Assembly: GCF_009914755.1 (NCBI RefSeq)
Contig: NC_060933.1
Direction: 5' to 3' (one strand)
Length of the DNA stretch: 64,000 nucleotides
From: the human T2T-CHM13v2.0 reference genome, Homo sapiens
Shown here piece by piece: positions 1 through 15,676 of the stretch (position 1 is its first letter; every line of letters begins with the position of its first letter). A program made the position numbers and the translations under genes. The notes under the pieces are model-generated. The model saw nothing but the letters and a program-made list of their open reading frames with translations. It ran no database searches and had not been told where the DNA came from.

Positions 1-302
1 CCACCCACCTTGGCCTCCCAAAGTGCTGGGATTACAGGCATGAGCCACCGCACCCGGCCTTTTTTGTTTTCTTTAAGAGACAGCATCTCACTATGTTGCC
101 CAGGCTGGATTCAGTCTTTGAACTCCTGGGCTCAAGCAATTCTCCCACTTCAACCTCCCGAGTAGCTGGGACTACAGCTGTGCGCCACCACGCCTGGCTA
201 ATTTTCTTTGATGTTTAAATAGTATTATGAGCCTTACATTTATTACACATTCCATACACATTCCATTATTCACTAGACAGGCTGAGACATTTTCTCAACT
301 AA

Positions 303-560
<258 letters not shown>

Positions 561-1120
561 TGATCTGCCCGCCTTGGCCTCCCAAAGTGATGAAATTACA
601 GGCATGAGCCACCACGCCCGGTTTTAAATAAAAATTTATTCAAAGTCTCTGAATGGTAATATATCAAAATGCATTCTTCCATGTACCCCCAGTCCACATC
701 CCCATTCTTGCACAGCGTGGCTGGAATTGTAAATACATTTTTCATGTATCAGAGTCATCACTGCCTCCTCCAGCTTTCCTAATTGTAATGTCTAATGTGA
801 CAGGAACTCCCGGGGATGCCCTTGTCTTACTGCGTGGCTGGGCTTCCACTTTAAACAAAGCTGGGATAAGCTTTGTTTCCCCAAGCGAGGAATCCCCATT
901 GTTTCTCTTGGGGATAGAATGACTGAGTCAGAAGACCACAGTTTCTAACTTCTCCACTGTGAGGCATCTTAAGTGACCTCCAACACACCCAATTTTGTAA
1001 AATGGCACCTTGTGGCTTTGATTTCTATTCTCTTGGCTGACCATGAGGCTGGACACTGCCCCAAAAGTACATTGGCTACTTTATCTTACGTTATTTTGGT
1101 TTCCTGGATTTTCCTCACTC

Positions 1121-2880
<1,760 letters not shown>

Positions 2881-3791
2881 TCAGCACGGCAGGTGAGCAG
2901 AGACGCAGCAGCAGGGCAAAGGGGTGCAAGCCGAGGGCTTTCATAAGGTGCCTGCACAACGGCGCACCTCTCAGTAGATGGGACGATTCCAAGAAAAAAC
3001 GACCTAGGCAAGAAGGGGGAGGCGGCTGGCGTAGTGCTTGGGGAGGTGGGGGAACAGGATATGAGGAGAGGCTGTGGCACGTCCCTTCTCAGAGAAGCAG
3101 GAGGTGGGAGCACCAGGGTGGGTGAGGCAGGGTTGAGGTGAAGAGAGGAGAGAAGGTAGACATGAAGTTGGGGTTAGGGGCAGAGGGGCGTGAAGGCCCA
3201 CGGATGAGGTGGGGTTGCGGGGAACACTGGGCTGCCCGCAGGACCATGGTCCTGAGCTTCGAGGGGACCTGAATGCCCAGGTGATGGCACTCTCCAGCCA
3301 GGTCTGCCTCCATGGCTGCAGGCAGGGAGCAGGGAAGAGTTGGGTTTAGCCCAAGTTTAACCAGAGCTTGGCTAGGACAGTCTGAGGAAAGGGAGAGAGG
3401 CCAGAGGACCGCAGGTGTCGGGAAGGCAGTGATCCCGTGACAGACACAGACCCGACGCTGAACAAGGAGGCAGGAAGGCAGCACAGCTGGTAAGGCCAGA
3501 GGCTCAAGGGACGGAGGTCCTAGGGGACAAACGGGAAATTTGCAAACAGGCAAAACGAAACTGTGGGGTTGAGCAATGCGAGCTGAGGTGACACTAGGGA
3601 AAAAAGCAAGGCAGTCATTGCCAGAAGGGCTGGGATCGGAGTGACTGACAGGGCTGGGAGGGGCTCAGGGGGCTGGGCTTCTGGGATGCTGGCAATATCC
3701 TGATTCGCATCGGGGTGGTTACATGGGTCTGCTTTCTGTTAATTCACTGAGACACACATTTGTTTTGTACACTTTCCTGTGTGTATTTTTT

Positions 3792-3860
3792 TTTTCAATT
3801 AGCAATAATCGCGCCTCGGATAGACCTCATTGGCTACGATACTGCCACTGCTGCAAAGCT
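3792..3860 (-). pseudogene. 3'-truncated U4 snRNA retropseudogene (U4 nt 1-68)
   Basis: Minus strand reads AGCTTTGC(A)GCAGTGGCAGTATCGTAGCCAATGAGGTCTATCCGAGGCGCGATTATTGCTAATTGAAAA = U4 5' half with one inserted A; flanked by direct repeats tgtgtatttt (3780-3789) / tctgtatttt (3861-3870). Confidence 0.93.
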
Positions 3861-4563
3861 TCTGTATTTTATATTAGACATAATGAACACTTTCCCCCTT
3901 GTAAAAGATCTAAACACACACACACACGTGCACTCACACACACAAACACACACACAATTTGGGGGCAGAATGTCAGGCCAGAGCAATAGCCGGCTGGCAC
4001 ACTAAGCTTCACAGGACACTTTAAGAACCAGGATTAAATGAGATCCTGCATTTATATAGGTGGAAAGGCTGGAGGGTGAAGGGTGGGGACCATGACATTT
4101 ATTGAGCCTCTACCAAATACCAGAGAGTTTATAAAGTTTATAGGACGGTTCACAAATACCTTCATTTCATAACCCCCTCCTCCCACCCAAACAAACCCTT
4201 AAAGGCAGCTATCAGTGCTTTACTTCCACAGCTGTAGAAAGGAAGTATAGACGAAAGAGGACTGTCGCTATGGCCTGGCTGGGGACAGCAGAGCTGGCAG
4301 GGAACATGCAGGCTTGCAGCTGCCCAAGCCTGACACTTGTCCAGTTCTCCAGGGGGTGGGGAGAAGAGGGCTGGGGAGGGTGTGGAGGAGGACAGTGCAG
4401 GAGGAACGGAAGATCAGGAGGAAGGCCTTTGGGTGAGAGGGGTCATGGTTGCCAGGAGGTGCGGGGGAAACCACAAAAACCTCCAAGGATGGACTGGGTC
4501 ATTTTAGGCCTGAGGGTGAGGACCTGGTGGAGACAGAAACAGCCATGCAAAAGGCATCCTCAC

Positions 4564-4707
4564 CTTATTTTTCTCCAGAAGTTGCTGCTCCAAGTCCTGT
4601 TTCTCCTTCTGTAGCTGTGTGAGATCCATGGCCCCAACCTCACCATTTGGTGTTCTTCCTGCAGTTGGAAGCTGGAACACAGGGTCCTGCATGGCCCTCG
4701 AGGTCAC
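4564..4707 (-). CDS. GOLGA1: GOLGA1 exon 19 (144 nt; last coding exon in window, ends at codon 635)
   Basis: tag|GTGACC...AAG|gtgagg; [48 protein letters not shown]; no stop, so the gene continues left of the window. Confidence 0.95.
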
Positions 4708-5001
4708 CTACAAGGTGGCAGCAGCAAATTGAGAGCCAGGACAGGTCAGGTGAAGCTGAGCCACAGGTACACAGGGAAGGGGAGCTAGACTCGTCCCTTA
4801 GGTATGGGCGTTGTGCTCCAACAGGCAACTGGCCAGGAAGCAATTCCTGGAGAAGATCCAATGCCCAATGCCCACAACTAATCACACGACTAGTCTTTGC
4901 TGGGATGAAGGGGCTTGCTCTCCCCTGCCTACCGACAGGGGTGCCATCTGTGATGGGCTCTTCAGGACTCATGGCCTCCTAGCCATATGAGTGCCCTACT
5001 T

Positions 5002-5309
5002 TATTTATTTATCTATTTATTTATTTATTGAGACGGAGTCTTGCTCTGTCACCCAGGCTGGAGTGCAGTGGCGCAATCTCGGCTCCACCAAGCTCCGCCT
5101 CCCGGGTTCACATCATTCTCCTGCCTCAGCCTCCCGAGTAGCTGGGACTACAGGCACTCGCCACCACGCCTAGCTAATTTTTTGTATTTTTAGTAGAGAC
5201 TGGGTTTCACCGTGTTAGCCAGGATGGTCTCGATCTCCTGAACTCGTGATCCACCCGCCTCGGCCTCCCAAAGTGCTGGGAATACAGGCGTGAGCCACTG
5301 CGCCTGGCC
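5002..5309 (-). mobile_element. Full-length AluY-like element
   Basis: GTGTTAGCCAGGATGGTCTCGATCTCC diagnostic; TSD agtgccctactt at 4990-5001 and 5311-5322. Confidence 0.9.
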
Positions 5310-5453
5310 AAGTGCCCTACTTCAAAGAAAGGACCCTACATGCAGGGGAGCGTCGTGTCCACCATGTGTCCCCACTGCTGCCTCCTTAGGGGCACTCTCG
5401 GCACCTGCCCTGCATCTTGCTGTAGCACCCATGCAGGTGCAGCTGGGACTTAC

Positions 5454-5614
5454 GTGCGACTCATTGACTGAGAGTGCTTCGGCCTGCAATGGGCCCCGCA
5501 GCCTCAGCAGGTCCTCCTGCTCCGCGACCACTGCAGCCTCCTCCGCCTTGAGGGTCCTCAGGGCCTCCAGCTCGGCCTGCAGCTGGTGTATCTGCAGCAG
5601 GGCAGAGTTGTGAC
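5454..5614 (-). CDS. GOLGA1: GOLGA1 exon 18 (161 nt)
   Basis: tag|GTCACA...CAC|gtaagt; GHNSALLQIHQLQAELEALRTLKAEEAAVVAEQEDLLRLRGPLQAEALSVNESH. Confidence 0.95.
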
Positions 5615-5744
5615 CTAGGTCGGGGAGGAGGGGAGGGGGCACTGTGAGCCCAGTGACTCCATGCTGCTTGGTGGCAAGGCCGTCACAAGGCAGGATGCTG
5701 GGCCTGAAAAGGAGAGAAGGCTCAGCCAGGGACCGACTCCTCAC

Positions 5745-5847
5745 CTCGCTCCAGCTGGAGAATCTCCTGCTCTTTCTGGAGAAGCACTTCGGTTTTTTCC
5801 CGCAGATTCTGTTCCTTCTCGTCTATTATGGCTGTCAGGTTAGCTGC
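5745..5847 (-). CDS. GOLGA1: GOLGA1 exon 17 (103 nt)
   Basis: aag|GCAGCT...CGAG|gtgagg; AANLTAIIDEKEQNLREKTEVLLQKEQEILQLER. Confidence 0.95.
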
Positions 5848-6699
5848 CTTGGAGAGAAAAATCAACAAGAGGGAAGGTTGTGAGCAGTGACTCCATCTTC
5901 CCACAGAAATCTCCACTTCCCCGCTCTCCAGGGTACACCACGAATCCCTCCCTGAAGTCCACGACCCAGAGCAAACCCCCAGCTAAGCTCTGCTCCTATG
6001 AACATGCACAAATCTATTCTCCTTGGTAGGGGCCCTGCACAGGGGCAGTCGCCTCCCACTGCCCCCTGGCCAACAGTGGGTCAACCAGAGACGTGGCCAT
6101 TCTGCCCAGCCCAACAAGCTGTCATAACTTCCATTTCCTGAGTGCCTGCAACATCCCCAGCACTAGACACGCATTTGATATATGTTGCCTCATTACAGAA
6201 TAGTTTCCCAGAGGTGTAAGTAGAAGGCTAGAGTCCTCATCAGAGGAGACTCAGATTTGTTAAGGACTTACCAAAGGCCTAAAGCCACTTAACTAGAAGC
6301 TCTGGGGTCAGATGCAAAGTCTACCTTCAAGGGAGGCTTTCCCATACTTCCTGCAAAAACTCAACCCAACCTTACGTGGCCTCTGGGGCAGGTGGGCAAT
6401 GATAGGTCACCTCACAGAATTAGAGCCCACTAGGCCCGTGGACATGGACCACTTTCCAGGTAATTATAGTTGAAAAATCAGAAAAGGGCATCCTATGGGG
6501 TAAGAGTTTCTTTATAACATTTGTCTCCCAGCTTCCTAGAGAGCACAGGGGCCCACGCAGCTGACTGCATTCCCTGAGTCCTGAGTCTACTACCCTACCC
6601 TGGAGAGACAGGCCCTCTCCAACAGTCTCACGGCAGGATGGGCCTGCTGCCTATGGGACTGCAGGGGGACATCGCCCCTCAGCGTGAAACAGGGCCCAC

Positions 6700-6789
6700 C
6701 TGTTGCTGGAACTCTTCCCTTTGCTTCCGCACCTCCTCCAGGGCTTGAGCCATGGCCACGCTCACAATTTCTCTTTGGCTCCATTCTTC
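6700..6789 (-). CDS. GOLGA1: GOLGA1 exon 16 (90 nt)
   Basis: tag|GAAGAA...CAG|gtgggc; [30 protein letters not shown]. Confidence 0.95.
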
Positions 6790-7901
6790 CTACAATGCAG
6801 AAAACCACTGAGCCCCAAAACTTAGTTCACAGTTTTTTAGCTGTATGCCACGCAAGAAGCCCAGCAGACAGGGCATGGCTTTGCAGAGCCAGACCAACAT
6901 GCTCCCCACTTCCCAGGCTCCCAGCCTGGCCCCTCCCTGCCATGCCCTCAGTATCCCTCTCAGAGCTATCCTGGCAGGCAACCCACCGACTTCTCTGGAA
7001 ATGGCACACCACTGAGGATCGATTGCCCCACGAGCACCCCCGCCAGGACCCACACCAAGGCTAGGGGCCTATCCTGAAGAGCTGGTCTAAGGACAGTAGC
7101 CAAGAACAAGAAGTCAGACTCGCAGGCCACGTGAATGGAGTGGGGGACTGGAACAATTGGTTATGGAAAGAAGAAGAAGTAATGACCAGGGACGGTGGCT
7201 CACACCAATAATCCCAGCACTTCAGGAGGCTGAGGTGGGAGGATCGCTTGAACCCAGGAGTTCAAGGCCATCCTGGGTAACACAGTGAGGATCTGTCTCT
7301 ATAAACAATAAGAAAAATTAGCCGAGCATGGTGTCACATGCCTGTAGTGCCAGCTACTCAGGAGGCCGAGGCGAGAGGATTGCTTGTGTCCGGGAGGTCA
7401 AGGCTGCAGGAAAATGGATTCCTTCAAGCATCAGCTAGTGAGGGGCTAGGCTGACAAGACAGAACTGAGTCTCTGTGGCTCCAAAGTCTGCCCTAGCGCC
7501 TCAGAGCCACGTAAGATCCAGCACTGTGGGAGCTGGGGTTGACAGTGCCTGCTCAGGTTCACTGTGGCACAAAGCAGGGCCTGCAGCTTGCAGAAGCCAC
7601 CAGGCCACCCATGCACGGCTGCCTCTGCGATGATTCTCCAGGATGGGCTTAGGGAACAGCTGCTTTGAAGAGCGTGGATGGAGAAAAACAATTCTAAATG
7701 TATGTGCACCTAATAGCAGCACTTCAAAATACATGAAGCAAAGACAGACAGAACTAAAGGAAGAAAGAGACAAATCTACCATCGTAGTGGAAGACTGAGC
7801 ACACCCTTCTTAGTAGCTGATGGAACAAGTAGACTGTTAAACTAAATATGGCCTTGATCTGTCTCACCCAGAGCTTAGCGATTTTATTCACCTTCAAATA
7901 A

Positions 7902-8486
<585 letters not shown>

Positions 8487-9103
8487 TGAATTCCTGACCT
8501 CATGTGATCCATCCGCTTTGGCCTCCCAAAGTGCTGGGATTACAGGGGTGAGCCACCACGCCGGGCCCATTTTATTTTCTATTTCATTAATTTCTGTGCT
8601 TATATTTGTTATTTCTTCCTTGAGTTTGATTTGTGCCTTCTTCTGACTTTTTGAGATGCATACATGGCTCAATTTTCAGGCTTTCTTCCTAAGAGATGCC
8701 ACTGAGACTGAAATTTCCTTCCATGCACTGCTTTAGTTATACTTGACCAATTTTGATCCACAGTATTTACAAAATCATTTATTTCAAAATATTATAATTA
8801 TTTTTTTGAGACAGAGTTTTGCTCTTGTCACCCAGGCTGGAGTGCAATGGCACAATCTCAGCTCACTGTGTGAGCCACTGTGCCCAACTTTATTTCAAAA
8901 TATTTTAAAATTTCCATTGTGATTTTTTTCTTTGACCTATGGGTTATTTGAAAGTGTATTTCAGGCTGGGCATGGTGGCTCACGCCTGTAATCCCAGCAC
9001 TTTGGGAGGCAAAAGTGGACGGATCACCTGAGGTTGAGAGTTCGAGACCAGCCTGACCAACATGGAGAAACCCCATCTCTACTGAAAACACAAAATTAGC
9101 CTA

Positions 9104-9274
<171 letters not shown>

Positions 9275-10691
9275 TTAAATGTAAACATATAAGAGTTTTC
9301 TATATGTTTACATTTAAATTTTTATGTTTTTGGAAATGGGTTCTTGCTCTATCACCCAGGCTGCAGTCCAGTTTGTGATGATAGCTCACTGCAGCCTCGA
9401 CCTTCTAGGCTCAAGAGAGCGTCCTGCCCCAGTCTCCTGAGTAGCTGGGACTACAGGTGTATGCCTTGATGAACTGTGATGAAACCATCACCCTAATAAA
9501 AATAGTAAAAATACCCATCCCCCAGAAAGCTTCCTCCTGTCCTTTTGTAATTTATTGTATTAATTTCAGTTATTCTATTTTTCAGGTCTAAAGTTCTATT
9601 TGATTCCTTTTTTAAAACTGCTGTCTTTTATCATAACTATAATAATAGAACTATTCCACATCTTGCTGAAATTTTAAATTTTGTCTTTTATCTCCTTAAA
9701 CATAGTAAGCATATGATATCTGAGCCCTTGTGAGTCTGTTTCTTTTGTGTTGTTTTGTATTTTTGTTTACCTATCTTTGATTTTGTTTTTTCTAGTCACT
9801 CAGGAGCACTAATAACCTGGGATCATTTTAATCCAAAATTAGCTAATGGGCTTTTCCTGGGCCACCCCGTGTCCTTCAGTTAGTGCAATCAAAGCTGGGG
9901 GCGGGGTGCAGATGGGGTGCTGGTTACTTCCCGTTCAAGCTTACTCCTAGCGTGTAGTCCTGTGGTGTGCCTAACCAAAGCTTTCAGGATCTCCCAGGCT
10001 GGATCCAAGCTTTAATAAAATTTAAACTCCAAATTTTATTCCCCTAACTCTGAGAAACTATGAAAAACTTAGATAAACTTCCAGCCTCTTCAGGATCAGC
10101 AGATACCACCACGGCAAAAGCTGCTTTGCATGCTGGACTCCCGTCCCTGGGCAGGATGGGCCATTCCTCAGTCCTGTAGGCTCCTACAAGCAGATGTTCT
10201 CTTATTTTGGCCAGTTTTTCTGGGAGTCCTCAGGTGAGCTGGTCTGAATTACCTAGTTTGCCTTTACTGCAAGTGGAAGCATCTCTCTAGTCTCATTTTA
10301 ACCTGCTCTCGTCAACCATATTCCCTACGACTCTACGGTGACTATTCTTCCCAGCGTTGCCAACAAACTCAGTCTCGTCAAATCTAATGGTCAGCTCTTT
10401 GTCTCCTTTCTTGACCAGTTGGCAGCATATCACAGAGTTCACTACTCAATCCTTCTTGTAGCGCTTTCTGCCCTGTACTTCCAGAGCCCCACATGCACCT
10501 GCTTTTACTGCTACCCTACCTGCGGCTCCTTTGGCGTCTTCTCTGTCGGCCCCTCCTTTTGTTCTGAGCCTGTGCTTGTGGGTGTGGCCCTGGCCTTCAT
10601 TTTGGCCTCTTTTCTATCTGCACTCATTGATAGCCATTTGGCTGTAATTTTGCCTATGAGCTATGCTGATTGATGGTTTCCTAATTTAAAG

Positions 10692-10694
<3 letters not shown>

Positions 10695-10726
<32 letters not shown>
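10695..10726. repeat. (TG)16 microsatellite
   Basis: Directly visible; occupies the tail of a degenerate Alu fragment. Confidence 0.95.
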
Positions 10727-10730
<4 letters not shown>

Positions 10731-11025
10731 AAATAGGTTCTTGCTCTGTCATCCAGGCTGGAGTGCAGTGGTACGATCTTGCACACTGCAAGCTCCGCCT
10801 CCTGGGCTCCCAAGCAGCTGGAACTATAGGCACACAGGCTTCCTAATTTATATGTCTACTCAGAATCTGCTCCAATTTTCCAGACTTGTCAGCCTACAGA
10901 CTACTAGATATGCCTGTTGGGTAGGCCTCTGAAGCTCAACATGCCCAAAATGGAATCCACTCTTGACATACCTCCCAGGACCCCCATCTCAGTGAATGGT
11001 ACGTACCCTATTCATTCAGTTACCC

Positions 11026-12401
11026 CAGTGGTTCTCTGCCAGCAGTGCTTTTGCCCCCACGAGACATTTGGCAATGTCTGGAGACACTGTGGTTGTCCTA
11101 AGTGGGGCTGCTACTGACATCTAGTGGGTAGATGCTCCTAAGCATCTTATCATGCATATTTGCAGCAAATACAACAAAGAACTTCCACAACAGAGAACCT
11201 CCACAACAGAGACCCATCCAAAACAGAGAACCATCCACAACAGAGACCCTCCACAACAGAGACCCATCCACAACAGAGACCCATCCACAACAGAGAACCA
11301 TCCACAACAGAGACCCATCCACAACAGAGAACCCTCCACAACAGAGACCCATCCACAACAAAGAACCATTCACAACAGAGAACCACCCACAACAAAGAAC
11401 CATCCACAACAGAGAACCACCCACAACAAAGAACCACCCACAACAGAGACCCTCCACAACAGAGACTCTCCACAACAGAGAACCATCCACAACAGACTCT
11501 CCACAACAGAGACCCTCCACAACAGAGACCCTCCATAACAGAGAACCATCCACAACAGAGAACCATCCACAAGAGAGAACCCTCCACAACAGAGAACCCT
11601 CCATAACAGAGAACCATCCACAACAGAGAACCCTCCACAACAGAGAACCCTCCACAACAGAGAACCATCCACAACAGAGACTCTCCACAACAGAGAACCC
11701 TCCACAACAGACTCTCCACAACAGAGAACCCTCCACAACAGAGACTCTCCACAACAGAGACGCTCCACAACAGAGAACCCTCCACAACAGACAACCCTCC
11801 ACAACAGAGAACCCTCCACAACAGAGACCCTCCACAACAGAGAACCCTCCACAACAGAGACCCTCCACAACAGAGACCCTCCACAACAGAGAACCATCCA
11901 CAACAGAGACCCTCCACAACAAAGAACCACCCACGACAGAGACCCTCCACGACAGAGAGCCTCCACGACAGGGAGCCTCCACGACAGAGAGCCTCCACGA
12001 CAGAGAACCATCCACAACAGAGACCCTCCACAACAGAGAACCCTCCACAACACAGAACCCTCCACAACACAGAACCATCCACAACAGAGATCCTCCACAA
12101 CAGAGAACCTCCACAACAGAGAGCCTCCACAACAGAGAACCATCCCCAACAGAGACCCTCCACAACAGAGAACCCTCCACAACAGAGAACCCTCCACAAC
12201 AGAGAACCCTCCACAACAGAGACCCACCCACAACAGAGACCCACCCACAACAGAGAACCATCCACAACAGAGACCCTCCACAACAGAGACCCTCTGTAAC
12301 AGAGAACCATCCACAACAGAGAACCATCCACAACAGAGAACCTCTACAACAGAGAACCATCCGGCCTCAAACGTCAATAGCGCTGAGGTGGAGAAACTCT
12401 G
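11026..12401 (+). mobile_element. MER20 (hAT-Charlie) DNA transposon interrupted by a minisatellite
   Basis: CAGTGGTTCTC...GACATTTGGCAATGTCTGGAGAC...GCTACTGACATCTAGTGGGTAGA on the left, CCGGCCTCAAACGTCAATAG...GAGAAACTCTG on the right; degenerate 8-bp TSD agttaccc/agttatac. Confidence 0.85.
11171..12360. repeat. Minisatellite/VNTR, ~70 units of 14-17 bp (consensus CCACAACAGAGAACC[A/C]T)
   Basis: Directly visible tandem array; explains the 348-444 aa low-complexity ORFs on both strands. Confidence 0.97.
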
Positions 12402-12421
12402 AGTTATACAAACCAAACCTA

Positions 12422-12721
<300 letters not shown>

Positions 12722-13165
12722 CTACACACCAGCCTGGGCGACAAAGTGAGACTCCGTCTCACATACAAAAAACAAAAAGCAAACAAAACAGCTCTATCTC
12801 TAAAATAAATCCTGATCTGAATACTTCTTCCCAAGTCCACCACTAATGTGCTAGTCACTTCTGGCCTAGATTCCTAAAAAGTCTCCTAAACAGTCTTCTT
12901 GCTTCTGCTCATGCCTCCCTTACCAAACATTCTTCACAGGCAGCCAGAGAAATCCTTTTAAAACAAAACTTCTCACATCACTTATCTGCTTAAGACCTGC
13001 CATAGCTGGTTAGGAGCAGTGGCTCATTCCTGTAATCCCAGCACTTTGGGAGGCCAAGGCCAGTGGATCGCTTGAGCACAGGAGTTTAAAATCAGCCTAG
13101 TTAACATAGCAAGACCCTGTCTCTACAAAAGAAAAATTAATAAATTTTGCACACCTGTAGTCCTA

Positions 13166-13318
<153 letters not shown>

Positions 13319-13597
13319 TTAATGCCTGTGTCCCGCCTCACCACCAGCCATGCTCTCCCCTGGCCACTAGCTGCAGCCACACTGGCCTCTGTGCTATTCT
13401 TTGAACAGACTAGGCTTTTTCCTGCCTCAGAGCCTTTGTATTTGTTATTTCTTCAGTCTAGAATATTCCTCCTCAAATATTCACATTGTAGGCCCTTCTG
13501 CCAGCATCAAAGCCTTCCCTAACTCCATATGGAAAAGAGACCTCTCCTCTCCCACCTCCCCATTGGCTGTCCTTGCCCTGCTCTATTTTCTTCATAG

Positions 13598-13828
<231 letters not shown>

Positions 13829-14896
13829 TAGGCGCACACCACCACACCAGGCTAATTGTTGAATTTTTAGTAGAGATGGGGTTTTACCATGTTGGCCAGG
13901 CTGGTCTCGAACTTCTGACCTCAGGTGATCCACCCACCCTGGCCTCTCAAAGTGCTAGGATTAGAGGCGTGAGCCACCGCACTGGCTCATTGCTATTTAA
14001 TACATCCTAGCACTTACAGTGATGCCTGGCACTTACAGGACTCAAATGTTTATTGAAGGAATGCATGAAAAAAAAATCTGACTCCAAAGTCCATGCTTCT
14101 CATGATGCAATGCTACTACATTAGTACCTATGTCACTCATCAGATCTGATTACTGGAAGCTTACTAGGTGCAGGCATTCATCTATGGACACTCTCAGAGA
14201 AGACTGCTGCCAAGGGATCAATAAGATCTTTGAGTCATGACCAAGCTGGGCAAGTACTACAATGTCCCATTATCCAAGGTGCTTTGAAAGGGGCCACGGG
14301 AGTCTGGGGGCATATAAGAAAGTGACAGAATCTTTCCTCCTTTTTATCCAGTTATGTTTAGGGAATGAAAGAGGCATCCTCTGATTAAAGCTCCAAGTTT
14401 GCAGAAGAGAAAGTTTAACAATCCAGCAGATTGTTTCTTCATTTCTGTACATGGTCCCTGATATAAACAAGCAAAACAAAGGTCCTTATCATCTTTTAAG
14501 GCCTTGCTTTAAGGTCTCCCTGGAAATATCAGCAAGAGCAGTGTTTTGACAGCATGACTTTCAAGCAGCTGTTGATTCCACAGAGGAAGGGCTGGCCTCT
14601 GTGGTAGGGTGAAGTCAGACCAGCATCACCTCTAACCAACTATGCAACTTGCACAAACGGTTTACCCTCGGAACCTCAATGACATTAACTGCCAAATGAA
14701 TGTAATTCTTCCTACTGTCCTGGATCCCTGAGAGAACTTAATGAAGTGGCAATTTCTGGCCGATGCCTAACAGAACTATTGAACAAATGCTAATTCTCCT
14801 CCTCCTGTACTGTAAGTATGAGAAGTGGGGCACTGTAAATACACATGTAGAAAACATGAACACTTTTATGAAACTTTGATTCAATTAGATAAATAC

Positions 14897-14992
14897 CTTC
14901 AGCTTCTTTAGTTCAAATTGGTGATTTTGTAAAGAACGTTCATATTCATTCCTGCATTCTTTAAGGGCTGCATTTTCTTGCTCCAGTTGTCT
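14897..14992 (-). CDS. GOLGA1: GOLGA1 exon 15 (96 nt)
   Basis: cag|AGACAA...AAG|gtattt; RQLEQENAALKECRNEYERSLQNHQFELKKLK. Confidence 0.96.
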
Positions 14993-15676
14993 CTGCCAAT
15001 TCAGAAGAACACATATAAAAGAAGTCTTCACTACCATATTTCCCTGGGCACAGGGAGCATGGACCAGGAAGAAGGCATAGGGAGGAACAATATACATTTT
15101 AAAAGCCAATGGGAAGAAGCAGAGGGGACTGGTCAGAAAGTAGGAAGTCTCTGTGGAAACTCCAAGGAAAAAGAAAACCCATCTGTTTTGTTTTATAAAA
15201 AGCAGCCTTTATACATCCAGTCTCATGAGCAGGTGTCTCTGGAAAGATAAGAACTGCTCTCGGCTGGGTGCGGTGGCTCATGCCTATAATTCCAGCACTT
15301 TGGGAGGCTGAGGTGGGCAGATCCCTTGAGCCTAGGCGTTCAAGACCAGCCTGGGCAACACAGTGAGACCTTGTCTCTCCAAAAAATTTAAAAATTAGCT
15401 GGCTGTGGTGGTGCACGCCTGTAGTCCCAGCTACTTGGGAGGCTGAGGTGGCAGGATCACTTGAGTCTGAGAGGTCGAGGCTGCAGTCAGTTGTAATCAT
15501 GCCACTGTGCTCCAGCCTGGGTGACAGAGTGAGACCCTGTCTCAAACAAAAAAAAAGCTGCCTTCTAAAGTGGTTTCCTAGTGCAGAGGCGGTGCCACAC
15601 TGTCAAGCACGAGGCTGACTTCGCTGTGGGGGACCCTGGTGCTCCTGGGCCCACCCTCTCTTAGCTCTTCACTCAC

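Noticed and set aside
4708-4721. CTCF-like CTACAAGGTGGCAG at the exon 19 acceptor
   Set aside because: Mismatch in the core 5' positions; not supportable without ChIP data
11171-12360. CRISPR-like array
   Set aside because: Units are directly adjacent with no unique spacers; the context is human intronic DNA with no cas genes
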